A stretch of 63,989 nt of DNA, filler included, from Collodictyon triciliatum (lineage: Eukaryota): the NCBI GenBank assembly GCA_043381765.1. It is 5 parts of 5 records of this genome, joined end to end, with 100 filler letters (N's around TTAATTAATTAA, not from the genome) between each part and the next. Parts side by side here need not be neighbours in the genome. Positions count along the whole stretch, not along the records: positions 26,810 to 50,258 come from JBHJMP010000954.1; positions 50,359 to 57,397 come from JBHJMP010000966.1; 3 more parts are not named here. One strand, written 5' to 3'. Each line of letters starts with the position of its first letter. Position 1 is the first letter of the stretch. The position numbers and the translations under genes were made by a program. The notes beneath the pieces were generated by a model. It searched no databases. It was not told the DNA's origin and saw nothing but the letters and a program-made list of their open reading frames with translations. Of this stretch, positions 43,278 to 56,067 are shown one piece after another.

Positions 43278-44741
43278 TAGAGCCCTCTCCTCCACAATAC
43301 GACTGACGCAGCTCGTTTGTGCCGTAGCTCCTTTGCAGCTAAGTAGAAGAGTGTGTTTACCAGCGTCGATGGACGCATATAAGGGAAAACTTTTTGTTTT
43401 GTTTTTTTTTTCTTTCTGCTGCTGTTTTCTATACCTTTATCTCTTTATCTTTTGTAGTGGTATTTTTTCTTTTGTATTTATATTTTCCTTTTTGTATTTG
43501 GGTCGCGAAGGATTGTGATCTTTGAGAGCGAAGGGAAGCACTGCGCGATTGACACAGGCATTTCAGACTGGTTTCCAACAAAAGTGATCTGCATGACTTA
43601 TTTGCATTACCGACATGGGCGCGCGTAAACTATCAAAGTCTCAAAGCAGCTGTTACTTTTCTAATTGTGCGCTTCGTTTGCACGAGGAATTCGTCTCTTT
43701 GATAATATCCCTTGTATGAAAAAGCTATAGGTCGTCATATGGGGCAATACACGCTTTAAAGGCACCAATGGGTTGGCCAATACAAATAGACGGGTGAAAA
43801 TAAAAAATAAAAAAAAGAAGCAGCGTGAGGGTTGGACAGCTTGAAAAAACCAGGGTTTGCGAGAGAGCTCAAAGCCATCTTTTACAGCTTCCAATTCGGC
43901 TGGTTTAATCTAAAGGAAAATACAGAGAAAAGGCATAATAGAAGCACCATACTATCCACTTGACTATGTGTATGAATGAGCTTAGAAACCCTATTTGTTA
44001 TGAGGGTATGGCAACCAGGTTGCATCTTCATTTAATGGGTAGAGATAAAAGTCAACAAGTTGCATGTAGAAAACAGGTGGGTATTTGGGTTGAGGGGGTT
44101 GGGCAGGCGCTTTTTTCTATGAATATATCTTAAAAAACTACCGTTGGTCACCTTCCTGTATTTGAGAGACCAACTCGCTGAGAAATCTGATCGCCCGTGA
44201 CACATATGTTTCTTCTCTTCTGCCTCCTGTTCTTGGCTCTATCATGTCTTTTGTTTCGGTTTTTTTGTGTTTGCATGGTTTGATGTTTGTGTGGTTTGAT
44301 GTTTGGTGTTCTTTCTTGTTTATAACTTGTAGGTCAATAAATTAACCATTTTGAGATTATTCAATCACTCAAATTGTATCTCATCCAAAGGCGCTCCTAT
44401 TCACTGGGGAATGCGCTTGGTTGCATCCCATTCTTATTCATCACTTAACCGACTAATGACCCTAACGCCAGGTGACCAACCCACGCTCTTTGCGCACAGC
44501 TATTTCTTCATAAAAAAAAAATTCAGGATTTCTTGAGAATATTTTGTGTTAGAAGAGAATGTTGGGAGAGTCCAACATTTATTTCTTTTCCAGAGGTGAG
44601 CATGTTCAATTATGCTTGGTACTAACACCCATTGCGGTTACTCCACGAGGTCAGAAGAAGGTGTGTCTCTTGGAGCTCGAGTTGAGAAAACTTTAAGAGG
44701 TTGTTAATTGAGCTGTTGTTGTTTTTTCTTTCTCCTTTGAG

Positions 44742-45497
44742 TTACGGAAAGCTGCTGTTGTAAAGCTCTAATTGCTGGAGGGCTGCTCCATTAGAAATCT
44801 GACCCTCCCAACTGTTTTGATCGAGCCAGCAAGGGAGAGTCGATAGCCCCTCTGGTGCCTTCTTGATGTTGCTCTGTCCATTCGCATTCATAACCACCAG
44901 CACTTTAAGGTTCTGCAGTGCCACAATTTGCGCAGGTAGCTTGTCGATCTATGCAGGCAATGTGTTGAGAAGCTTTTTACTCTTTTACGATATAACCAGA
45001 TGAATCAGACAGAGAGAATGAAATAGGATATGTAATTATACCGGGTTATTGTAAACCTCAAGAAAGGTCAATCCAGTCAAGGTTGATATCCCCTCTGGCA
45101 AAGAGGATATGCGGTTATCGTTCAGGCTGAGAAGGGTGAGTCTGGTCAAGCGCGATATTTCAAGGGGAAGGGAGGTCATCTGGTTTTCGCTTATTCGGAG
45201 GAGCGTTAGACCTGTCAGGCCCCAAACTTGTAAGGGTAAGCCGAACAGTTTGTTGTTTCCAAGATCGAGACGCTTCAGGTTCGTCAGCTTGGAAATCATA
45301 ACGGGTAACTCTGACAAATTGTTGGAAAAGACATTCAAGACCTCCAGTCGGCTCATCTTGAAGACGCACCTTGGGAGTTGCGCCATATCTTTGCGCTCGA
45401 TCCATAGAGAAGTACTGTGTTCGATGGGAGCACCCTTTGGAAAAAAGTCAGGCTTTAGCGCCTTGAGTTCGTCGTACCTCGACGAAGAGTTTCCCAT
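44742..45497 (-). CDS. Small LRR-only protein with N-myristoylation motif (MGNSSS)
   Basis: Two exons joined in frame (NNP|IDKLP); several LxxLxLxxNxLxxLP repeats. Confidence 0.85.
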
Positions 45498-46500
45498 GTT
45501 GCGGAAGCCCTCAGAAAAGCGATGAGATTATTTAGCGGTGCTTGATCTGTCGAATATAAGTATTAATCTCTTGTGTAATGCTGTTTCTTGTTGTGTTTTG
45601 CGTATTTTATTTTGTTAATTAGTTTTATTTTGGTTTTGTAAAAGGTGACATCATGGTCGAACTAGTTGAGGAAAGCTCTCGCTCGCGGTGAGTCTTTGTG
45701 CTCGTGGGAATACTCAGAGAATGTTTTGAAATAATGACTATGCGCCCAAACAGCTAGAAATCTGAAACAGACACACCAGAAATGTCTAGGAATGATTATT
45801 CTGGAATTTAGCCGGGGTTTTATTTTTCTTTGAGGTTTGCATGACGAGCAGACATTGAACTTTGGTTGTAAAAATTGGCACTTACATTCACCGAGTGAAG
45901 CGGCAAGTATAGTGCGAGGACACAAACGGTTTGTGTATTTACCAGCCGTTTATGTCTGAAAATTCAAGTAATTGCTTCGAGTAGATGCAGAAAGTGAAAA
46001 AAAAAAAAATAGAGAGGGGGAGAGAGAGATAAAAATAAAAATAAAATGTATTCGGGTGGGCCTTGATAAATCATAATACGCCCGTTTCAACGAGAGATGG
46101 TGTGAGCCTTGAACATAAACTGATGTAGTGAAGTTGCGATTGGATCTTCATTTTGGTGTTGTGAATGAGGCAAACTTTGATTGGTGTTCTATATAAATTG
46201 ATGTGATTTCATGCCTCTTCAAATAATCTAAAACTACGCATGATTCCTTCTATTACCAATTTGCGACGATGTAGTAGTATCCACGTTGTATTTGCCCGTC
46301 TTGGTGATTATTGAGACAAGTCAAACGATATCATTCAGATACTATGTTAAGGTTGTTTTCTTGGGCTAAAAGTATATACCAAGATGGAGTCAAGCGCTAA
46401 GTTGACGATTCGATAGTGTATAAATGATAATATAGGTTGTTAAATATTGCTTCCTTAAAGAAAATGGTTTCATTTGATTTATTGTCAACCGAAAACTTCT

Positions 46501-49500
46501 CTAGACCATAGCCCCCTCTATTTGGTTTGGGCGAATGGGCGATAACTGTTGAGCATAAAATGCGCAATCGTTACCAGATATATGAAAGAACTCTAGAAGA
46601 TTTTTCCATGCACCTTTTGAGTATCCCCCTATGAATGCTTTCGCCCGCCTCGCGTGAGCTCTTTCATACGTCGTTACGTTGGATAACATTACTATAGTAT
46701 GGGGGACGAAAAAAAGAAGCGCAAGAATAGTGCCACAAGCTCCAATAACGAAGAGGCCAATCTGTTGTGCATAAGTGTGACAGATGTTTAACCTTTTTCA
46801 TTACATGGGTATGATACTCAATCTACTTTAGTCTAAATGAAGGATTCATATCGGCATTCCAACAGGAAAATATGACAAACCAGTATTGGCCTCGCATCAG
46901 AATGAGCGTAACTTTGATACTCTGGTTTGAATAGCGCTGAATCGTGGTAATTAAAGAGGAAATAATATTAATTACACCATTTTTTTTAATTTGCTGTGAC
47001 ATGAGTCAATAGATAAAGAAATAAACTAAAAAAATTGAGAGATGATGTTCACATAGATAAAAAAAAATCACTTTTGTAGCACAGGTATGTTCCATAAACA
47101 GCATAAATAAGCTGCGTTATAACGAATCCATAAAAGTAGTGGTGGTTTCCTCCCCCGATGCAAGTGTTGACAAGAATACAGTCTTCATTTCAAAAGTTAA
47201 GAAATAAGAGGAACAAAAACATACGGTGGTATATAATTTTCCAAATATGATTTTTGTATAAATTTAACTCTAGCATGATAGAAAGTCAGACGCAGACAGG
47301 ATACGATGGTCAAATTTCACAACACATTCATCACAAACTATACAGTGTCTGGAACGCACTGGTTTTGAAATCTATGATAATAAAGATACATTTATTCAGA
47401 AATGAAAATGAAAATCGTACATCAGATAAAGCCCCCTCCCCTCTAGAAGGGAAAAGATATTAAAATAGACACGATAAGTGTATAATTCATATATTCTGTG
47501 ATTTAAAGAACCTGACATCCTTTACATTTGACTGGATTTTGTACAGCAGGCAAACTTAACTGGGGTCCATGAGGCATAATATTATTTTATCAAAACAAAT
47601 TTGGTATATCAAGAGGAATGGGACAAGAGAGGGTAAAAATATAATAAAAGTTGCTGAAGAAAAAGTATATGCCTTCTTGTATATGTTTCTTGCATATCCT
47701 GGATCAGTCAAATGTGTTTGAATGTTAAGTCCAAAGCAGACAAATAGAGATGAACTTAGCAAGAATGTACTGAATGATTCCGCCAATGGTAATTTTATTA
47801 AGGTAAAGACATATGCATGATGTTGTATATAAAATAATAAATAAATGTTAAAATGCTGTAATATATTAGTTTGGTTGAATGGAAATAAGGATATGATTCA
47901 AAACGTAAAAAAACCCGACTGAATGAACTAGCGACAAAAAACAAAACCAAAATGATTGGAAGAAGTAATTCTTGTTCACGGTCATGAGCTGGTAGCTTTG
48001 TAGCAGCGTATTATCTCGGTAGGTTCTCTGTATTTTATGTTTGGTATAAAGAATAAATTGACCGAAAATAAACTGATCTGAATAAACATAACTGAATTTC
48101 AAATTTTCACATGCGCCTATGAAACATTATGATATTTTAATTTGAAACGATACTATGTAGCTTAATTAACATGATTACAAATCTATCGCGCTGGTTTACA
48201 GTTTTATGATTACCAGGAATTTGGCCAAGTCTGAGTTTCCTTGTTGTGTGGCAAAGTTCTCTGGAGTTTGGCCGTATTTGTCTCGTATTCTACCGTACTG
48301 ATAGGACGCAGGGTATCTTTTGTTGTTGGTCTGTCATTTTCAGAAATAATGAAATGAAAAGAAAAAAAAAGGAATATTTATCTCAGCTAAGTTATTTAAA
48401 TTTTTACTCTCGAGAAGTTGCATGCAAAACTAGATGGTGTTTTTGGATTCGAAAGCATATTAATACGGAAGACATTTTTTTTTATATTATGGTTATTGAT
48501 AATTATTCGGATATGTCAAACTTAAATTTATTATCATACTTTGAATGTAGCGTTCATGCTCTCCACTAGCAATTGGCATGTATCCATATGATTGTGAAGA
48601 GCGGCATAGTGCAGAGGAACCCTCCCATATCTGAAAAAAAAAATATGATTTGTATGGTGAAATCGTATCAAGCAGTGTTTTACAGGAACTGAATCGTGTC
48701 ATAATGCAAATTGATAGCAGTCAGGCGAGAAAAACACTAGTAAAATGAAAAAATGATGATATACGATAAAATGCAACTGGTATGCTGGATGCATGCTATT
48801 AACCATAGAACAAATAATCATTGATCCGGTATTTAAAGGACCAGATAGGCACCCATACTAATCGGCCATCAAAAAGACTACACAGTGGAAGAAAAGGATA
48901 TGGAACTTACGAATCCAGAGCGAAGCGGTCATGGTTGTTGTTAATAAGAAGATATACAAGCTCTTTGTGTCCTCTTGACGCAGCATAGTGCAAGGGTGTC
49001 GCCCCGTCGATGTCACTTTTCTGTATATCACCCCCATTTTGTTGAATGAAAATGGCCGTTTCTCGCTGTTTACTTCTAATGGCCAATAGAAGAGGCGTTT
49101 CATTTCGCTTAGTCAGCGATGTCAGCGGCGCATTTTTACCCACCAAAAACTTCACCATTGAAAGATAGCCTTTGGAAACTGCAAGGTGAAGTGGAGTCCA
49201 GCCGGATGTTTGCAACAGGCGGAGTGGTACATCAGTGCCCGTGTGGCTTTCAGGATAGTATTTATTGAGCCCATGAGTAAATGCTGAATCGTTTTTTATG
49301 ATGAACCTTTCGTTGGAGAACCCGCATATGTTTGCTTTTTTCTCTTCAATAAGCCATCGAGCAATTTCAATTTGATTGTGAGCAACTGCAAAGTGTAGCA
49401 AAGTTTGCCCTGCAGTATCACATGCATCTACTGAGACGTATTGGGAGAATAATTTCTAGTGCGGTAATGATAATGAATTAGTAAATTTTATGGGGTTTCA

Positions 49501-50122
49501 GTACCGTCTCTTGTTAATTTAGGGTTGGTTGGTGAGAATCGCTTGAATGGAATAGGAACAAAAAAAAACCCCCCAAAATTTTACATCATCTAAAATGTGT
49601 TTCATGGACGATAACTCCCCGCTGCGACAATGAATCATGAGTTGGTTCCATAAAGCCGGAATAGCTTGTGGCCCTTGTACTACACAGTATTTTTGGAGCA
49701 ATATTTACATCAAATATACAACAGGGGTATAAGAGAGGTAAACCGAAACTATATCTTGGCATTCCCAATCATTTACAGAATTATGTGACTCGGTTTCAAA
49801 AGGGAGGTGGTATGTCTGGCTAACTGAATCATCAGTGTTTAGATAACAAGAACGTGTGATTACGTTTCAGAATGTAGATCAAATCAAATAAGATATAAAT
49901 AAACCTACGAGAAGAATAGAAAGTAAAAACATTAAAACATTAAAACAGAACAAAAAGGAGTATTGTGTGATTGAAATTCGGCGATACAGATATCGAAACG
50001 AGAGTTCCTTCTTCGTGCGCATTAATCGGAAAAGGGAGGGAAAGGGTATCTAAATGTAATCAAGCTCACCAGAAACTCCGGTTCCGAAGTCTGACCTGCT
50101 AACAGACGTGGAAGATTCTGTT
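46501..50122 (-). CDS. Ankyrin-repeat DHHC palmitoyltransferase (Akr1/ZDHHC13/17-like); 5' partial
   Basis: Ankyrin repeats (GQTLLHFA, GWTPLHLA, ETPLLLA, GATPLHYAA), TDPG motif, spliced [37 protein letters not shown], and C-terminal NVTTYE and YSKGAWKNLLEFF. Confidence 0.92.
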
Positions 50123-50146
50123 CTGGAGTCGAATACAGTGCGTGAG

Positions 50147-50258
50147 GTTGTTTGTTTGTTTGTTTGTTTGTTTGTTTGTTTGTTTGTTTGTTTGTTTGTT
50201 TGTTTGTTTGTTTGTTTGTTTGTTTGTTTGTTTGTTTGTTTGTTTGTTTGTTTGTTTG
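50147..50258. repeat. (GTTT)n microsatellite at contig end
   Basis: Tandem array. Confidence 0.95.
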
Positions 50259-50358
50259 NNNNNNNNNNNNNNNNNNNNNNNNNNNNNNNNNNNNNNNNNN
50301 NNTTAATTAATTAANNNNNNNNNNNNNNNNNNNNNNNNNNNNNNNNNNNNNNNNNNNN
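50259..50358. other. Artificial contig spacer N44-TTAATTAATTAA-N44
   Basis: Same 100-nt linker. Confidence 0.97.
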
Positions 50359-50378
50359 AAAAAAAAAAAAAAAAAAAG

Positions 50379-50730
50379 CCGGAGCATACAGGCTCGACAG
50401 AATATACGGTCGATAAGTTGGGCCTGTTCGGAGTGAGGACGATTCGGTTTTTTTCTCTCTTTCATCAAGATTATTGGTTTTCTGCTCTGTTGTGACATTC
50501 TTTCTGATTGCGACAGAGAGGCTATTTTTCAAGCGAAAGATGGGGATCGCATTAAGATTCTGCCTGGGATATACTTTGAGAGCATCGTGCTTAATAGGCG
50601 AGTTTCTCTGATAGGCTGCCCATCAAGGTTTTTCTTTATCTTAATTCTGCCTGAATAATCACGTTCATAATGGACTTTGGTGCGCCTTATCATAAGTGTT
50701 ACAATCGTTCAACCAAAGTCACGTATCCAT

Positions 50731-50815
<85 letters not shown>

Positions 50816-52968
50816 TAGTTTGGAAAAGTGTGTGATTAATGGTGTTTCCGGACCTGCGCTCCATATTCTGACTAGAACAGACCACCACTCTGAAATACTT
50901 ATCAGGTTATATCATGTATTTTCCTCTTTGCGCATAAATATGAACTAATATTCGCTTTAATTATTTTGAGTAGAACTTATCATCCAAAATTACCAAAATG
51001 CTGCCTTCTTTATACTATTATTAAAGCTGAGCGCTTTTCATACTTTGTCGATTAGTGGCCTTCGTTTTGAATCAAATCAAAGCTTGGATGCAAAGATTTC
51101 ACATCCAAGTGTTTTCATTCAGGCAGGGAACGTTCGTTTCATCGAATGCACAGTTTCCAATCCTCAAGATATCGGATTGCATGTGAAATTAACGCAGCAA
51201 GTATGCAATCCAATAAAGATTACACCATAGTAAACCCAATTTTATTCTTCCTGTGATTTACCATTTTCATCAGTCACATCAGTCAAAAAAAAACTCATTA
51301 ATTTTTTTTGGTAGTCACCTCCAACAAACATATCTTTTGAAAAGTGCATTTTCAAAGAATGTGATAACGATGGGATTCTCATAGACTACTGCCACACCGT
51401 ACACATCAAGGTTATCAACGCTTCATTACACACATTCGCTCATTCTAGATGGTGCAATCTTTGTGTTAAAAAAGTATTATGAGCGCAATGAGGTCATAAT
51501 TCTTTCTTTTTTTCAACATTTGATTACAGGAATGCACCTTTGCATCCAATAAAGGCACATCAATCGCTGTACGCAGTCATTCGAACGTAGCAATAGATCG
51601 ATGTTTGATATCCTCCAGCAATGTCGGCGTGTCCTTCTCAGAATCAGTACCCTTCCAGCCAATTCCCCATCTCTTGTTTATCTTCCGTTGCATTTTGGGT
51701 GCCCACACCGAAACACACTCTTAATATTGATGAATATATATATGTATAAACAAAATTAAGTTAATATCGATATTGCAGAGCACAGGAAGTGTGACGAACT
51801 GTACTGTTTCTGAAAACGTCCTGTCCAATGTAATGATCCGGACTTCTGCCAACCCACATGTCAAAGGGAACAAAATCTGTCAAGCAAAACATGTAATACC
51901 TGCCCTCATGAATTCTTCAATTATGCTATAAAATAATTTTGAAATATTCCTTTAAAACATCAATCAGAGCGGCATTTTCATATACCATGGAGGAAAAGGC
52001 ATTGTTGAAGAAAATGATATTTATGACAACCTTACTTGTGGAATCCATCTGGAAACCCATTCAACGACACACATTTTACAAAATAAGGTTTGTTTATGTT
52101 TTTTTCAGTTCACTTTTTAAAACTCAAAGACATTAGTTATAAATATTCCAGCCCTTGCAGAGGCATGAATAATTATCCAAGTCGCATCATTTGCTTCTTT
52201 CAATACAGATAAAAGGTTCGACGACAGGGCTTATAATAGGAAAATACGGAAAAGGTTTTGAAGAAGCTTTTTATCGTATTAGAAATTAAAAAATAGAAAA
52301 CAATCCAACCATATTTTACTTTTCTCACGAACCTCGGAACTTGTTTGATTAGATATTTGGTATTCATTTATTTCTTTTTTCTTACCTGAAAAGGTGTCAT
52401 TGAGCTGAATGAAATAACAGGCTATCAGAATTACGGAATTGAAATTCAAGCGGTAAAAGAATATTAGAAAAGAACACTAAATATTTCGCATATGATAATA
52501 ACTATTTCTTTGTCCAGTTTTTTTTAAAAAAAAATAAAATACAATTATGTTTTAACTATGTGCTATGAAAATGAAGTGGACTTTTTTTCATTTTTTGCGA
52601 TTTTCTCAGCTCATCTTATATCCTGTTTTTCCCTTCCCGTTTGATAGGATGCTTCTGGGACAATTTCAAAAAACAAAATAACTGGAAATGGCCAGGTTTG
52701 TGAGGGGTTTGCTGTCATTGTTCTAGAAAATATAACTTTATTATTATCATCATAATTGTTGTTGTTGTTGTTGGCTATCCAAGACACACAGCCACGGCTA
52801 AGACAGGCCACAAACATTCAGGCCGGGCTTCTCCAGAGCGAAATGAGTCACGCAGACATATCTGACAACGGAGTCTTTGGAAGAAACACGCACGCGCTTT
52901 TGAGGGCAGCAGCTTCACGCGACGTGGATTCACCGGCATCGCGGTTTGGAGAGTTCACGGCTATTTAG
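50379..52968 (+). CDS. Right-handed parallel beta-helix (PbH1/NosD; FBXO10/11-like) protein; 5' partial
   Basis: Spliced TIREAIFQAKDGDRIKILPGIYFESIVLNRRVSLIG, then GIFIYHGGKGIVEENDIYDN, GVIELNEITG and ASGTISKNKITGN. Stop ends at 52968. Confidence 0.8.
50733..50815. repeat. (AAT)n microsatellite, intronic
   Basis: Tandem array. Confidence 0.95.
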
Positions 52969-53452
52969 AAGGGAAAAGCTCTGTGATTTTCCGGAGTCAA
53001 TCATCCGCAGTCGCCACAGGAAAAGCGCTTACCTTTTTTTTTCTCGTACGAACCCGTATTCAATTAATATGGCGAGGAGCAAGTATATATCACCCAAGAA
53101 ACAAAATAAATTGGAGTCTATTCGTGAGACAGTTTCCGATAGCATATGCAGAGTGGTGATTATGAATGTGTATGAGATGGGGGGGTTGGTGTAATAAAAA
53201 AATATGTAAATAATGGTGGTGGTAAGAATAACAGATGTGAAAAAAAAATATTTTTTTTAAGGAATTGGTTATGCTCGTAGGCTTCCTGCAAAAAGACTGG
53301 GCGGAAGTTGACTGGGTAGCGTTGGATATTTTTGAGAGCCTTTATGTATTCCCTAAGCATTGCTGCTACTTTTGCTGCTGTTAAAGGTGCGGTAATTGCG
53401 GTTGGCAATATGGAAAAATGTAGCTGGTGCGTGTTATCCCAATCACTGCCTT

Positions 53453-55995
53453 CTACATGCCGAAAAGGTTGTACATCTGAGCATACTTCATGGCAGGCAC
53501 TTTTGGATGCGACTGGAAATGAAATAACCATGGGTAAGTGAAGCAGAGAGGGTTAAAAGTAAAAAAAAAAATTAGATGAAAAAAAAAGAGGATGTATGAA
53601 TGACCGAATGCATCACAGAGAATGAAAAAGTGTGAATAAGATAGTGAGCTTGAAAGGATGTATGTGTGGCACAAACCACAGCATCGAAAGTTTGGTATGT
53701 CGGTGTGCATTCGTGGTCAAAGACGATAAAAGCACCTTTGTTCCCCATCTATGTTTGTGGAAGCGAGTTCAATATTACGGTTAGGAGATCGAGGTCGAGT
53801 TTGGACAAGCGAATTAAAGAATATAATGCTTTGCTAGGTGCTGTATGATATTCTGATGGATGGAATATTTGACGCAGTTTTCTATTTTACGAAATCACCT
53901 GGTCGCAGTAGTTTGGTGCACTGAAGACAGTGACAAGGCGGCCTCCAACTTCGACTATTTGTGGTGGATATCGCAACAATAAGCATTCGAATATTATCTC
54001 CCATCAGTATTCAGATGTTTGTCAGTTCATGTTACCAATACCTTAGAAGTGACATATTCTATTGTTCAAGAAAAGACCGATGTATGGTTTTGCTTGATAA
54101 ACGAAAATCAGCTCATCAACACTTACTTTGATAACCGTTCTGCTTCACTTCGTGGCTTCTCACAACCATTTCTTCGCGTGAGCATTTGTAGGTAATTTTT
54201 GAGGAGGGGTAAAACAACATCCGTCACCAAACAAGTACATGGAAATCATGTGATTAAGCAAACCGACAGCAATTAAGTTTGTATTTTTCGCTTTCTTTTG
54301 ATGCAAAGTGATTAAATATCTTGAAAAGAAAGAAAAGAGTAGCATCAATCTCCTTTCCTTCCTATTGTAAACTTACGGAGCCCGTTATCGTCCAAAAAGG
54401 CTCTGGTCACATCCGGACCGAAATTGACACCGACGCCGCGTTTGCTGGGAGTGCGCCCGGGCATGGATTGCGGGTCAGACCAAAGAAGGTCGCACATGAT
54501 GCCTGCCGTAAATTGACATGCAAAAGATTACGAATATACATTCAGCTTAACCTTGCATATTCATCTTGAGATTGCTCTTTGTGCATCAAATGTCATTCCA
54601 TGTGCATGTGTAAAATAAACAAAACACGGAATTCGGTTCAGTTCCCATGCAATTGATCCTTCTTTTGGGAAATATCCGTCCGAATGTTACAGACCCTCAT
54701 CTGGAGGCTCGCAGTTTCTGTCCACTCTTCGGATGTCGTCCAACTTGACTCCATCTTTACGACAAAGGCCACCGTGAACGACGAAAACCTGTGTGGGTTA
54801 CACACAAGAATTAAGGTTGACAGGTTCATCGTAAAATCAGAAAAAGATACAGATAAAAAAATGGGAGAATTCCAATCAAGGATGGATTCAAAGCGTGGGC
54901 AGATTTTGCTACCTTCTTGTTGAGAACATGAGCCAATGGAAGCCAACAGAATACCTCCAAAAAGAGCTCAAAGATTCCCTCATTATATCTTAAAAGGTTT
55001 TTAATTTGGGTTTTTTAAATGAATTAAATAGTTTTTTTTTCAAGAATAATTACTAGTTCTGTTCTTTAGGCTAAGAGAATAGATTTGGGAAAGTAAGAGA
55101 GTATGATTACTTGTATTTGACCTCTCCTTCGAATCCATACATCTTGTTGAGATTGCGACTTTCGTGATTTCCTCTTGCAAGGTGGAAGTGATTGGGATAA
55201 AGAAGTTTGAAAGACAGCAGCAAAAGAATGACCTAATTACGCATATATTGCTTGTGATGAGAAGGCGTGATTGGTATTGCTAGAATATGATTATATAAAG
55301 ATATCAAAGTATCATGCCTCAACAGAGAAGGAGCCGCGGTCAACAAAGTCTCCGTTGAACAAATAGGGCTGAATAAAGGAAATACATCATATTTGTAAGC
55401 TCATCGTGTTGTGAATGAAAAAAACATGGCGGAGAATAACCACGGTAAACAAGCATTTGGACCAACATCGAGCTACTTGGGTTTATCAGAATAGGATTGA
55501 TTATAAAATGGAATGTACATTTTCGGGTGATGGTAGCCCGTTCAGTTTGAAGATGTTCAGCAGGTCGTAGTATTGACCATGCACGTCACCACAAACCGTA
55601 AATCGGCCATTTTCAGGGATTCTGCAGTGAAGTGATTGGGAGAAAGATAAAGAGAAGAAAAATGAATGAATGAATGAATGATGTATTTGTAGCAAAGAAA
55701 AATGAAAATATGAGAACAGCATATTACTCGATATCAACTAGGGTCGGCTGCTCTGACAAGACCTTCTTGACTTTCTCAAGGATTTCCACGACATATCTGT
55801 TTGTTTGCATTTTAATGATCTTTTGCAGACGATAGAATTTATTTGAAGACTATTTTCAGAATAAATATGTTAATATTACTTTTGGTGAAGGTTTTTTTCG
55901 CTTCGCTGGTGCTCCATCAAATCCTTGACAAAGTCCAGGTCTATTCCACCTTTGGGGATGTGAGGTCCTTTATAGGCTTCTTCCACCTCTGAAAA

Positions 55996-56067
<72 letters not shown>

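Noticed and set aside
50311-50532. Minus-strand ORF as the missing 5' exon of the DHHC gene
   Set aside because: The plus strand here encodes the clear beta-helix N-terminal motif (TIREAI..GDRIKILPGIY), so the antisense frame is probably coincidental.
53160-53531. 123-aa minus-strand ORF
   Set aside because: It overlaps the last PP5 exon out of frame and its 3' UTR, and has no recognisable motifs.
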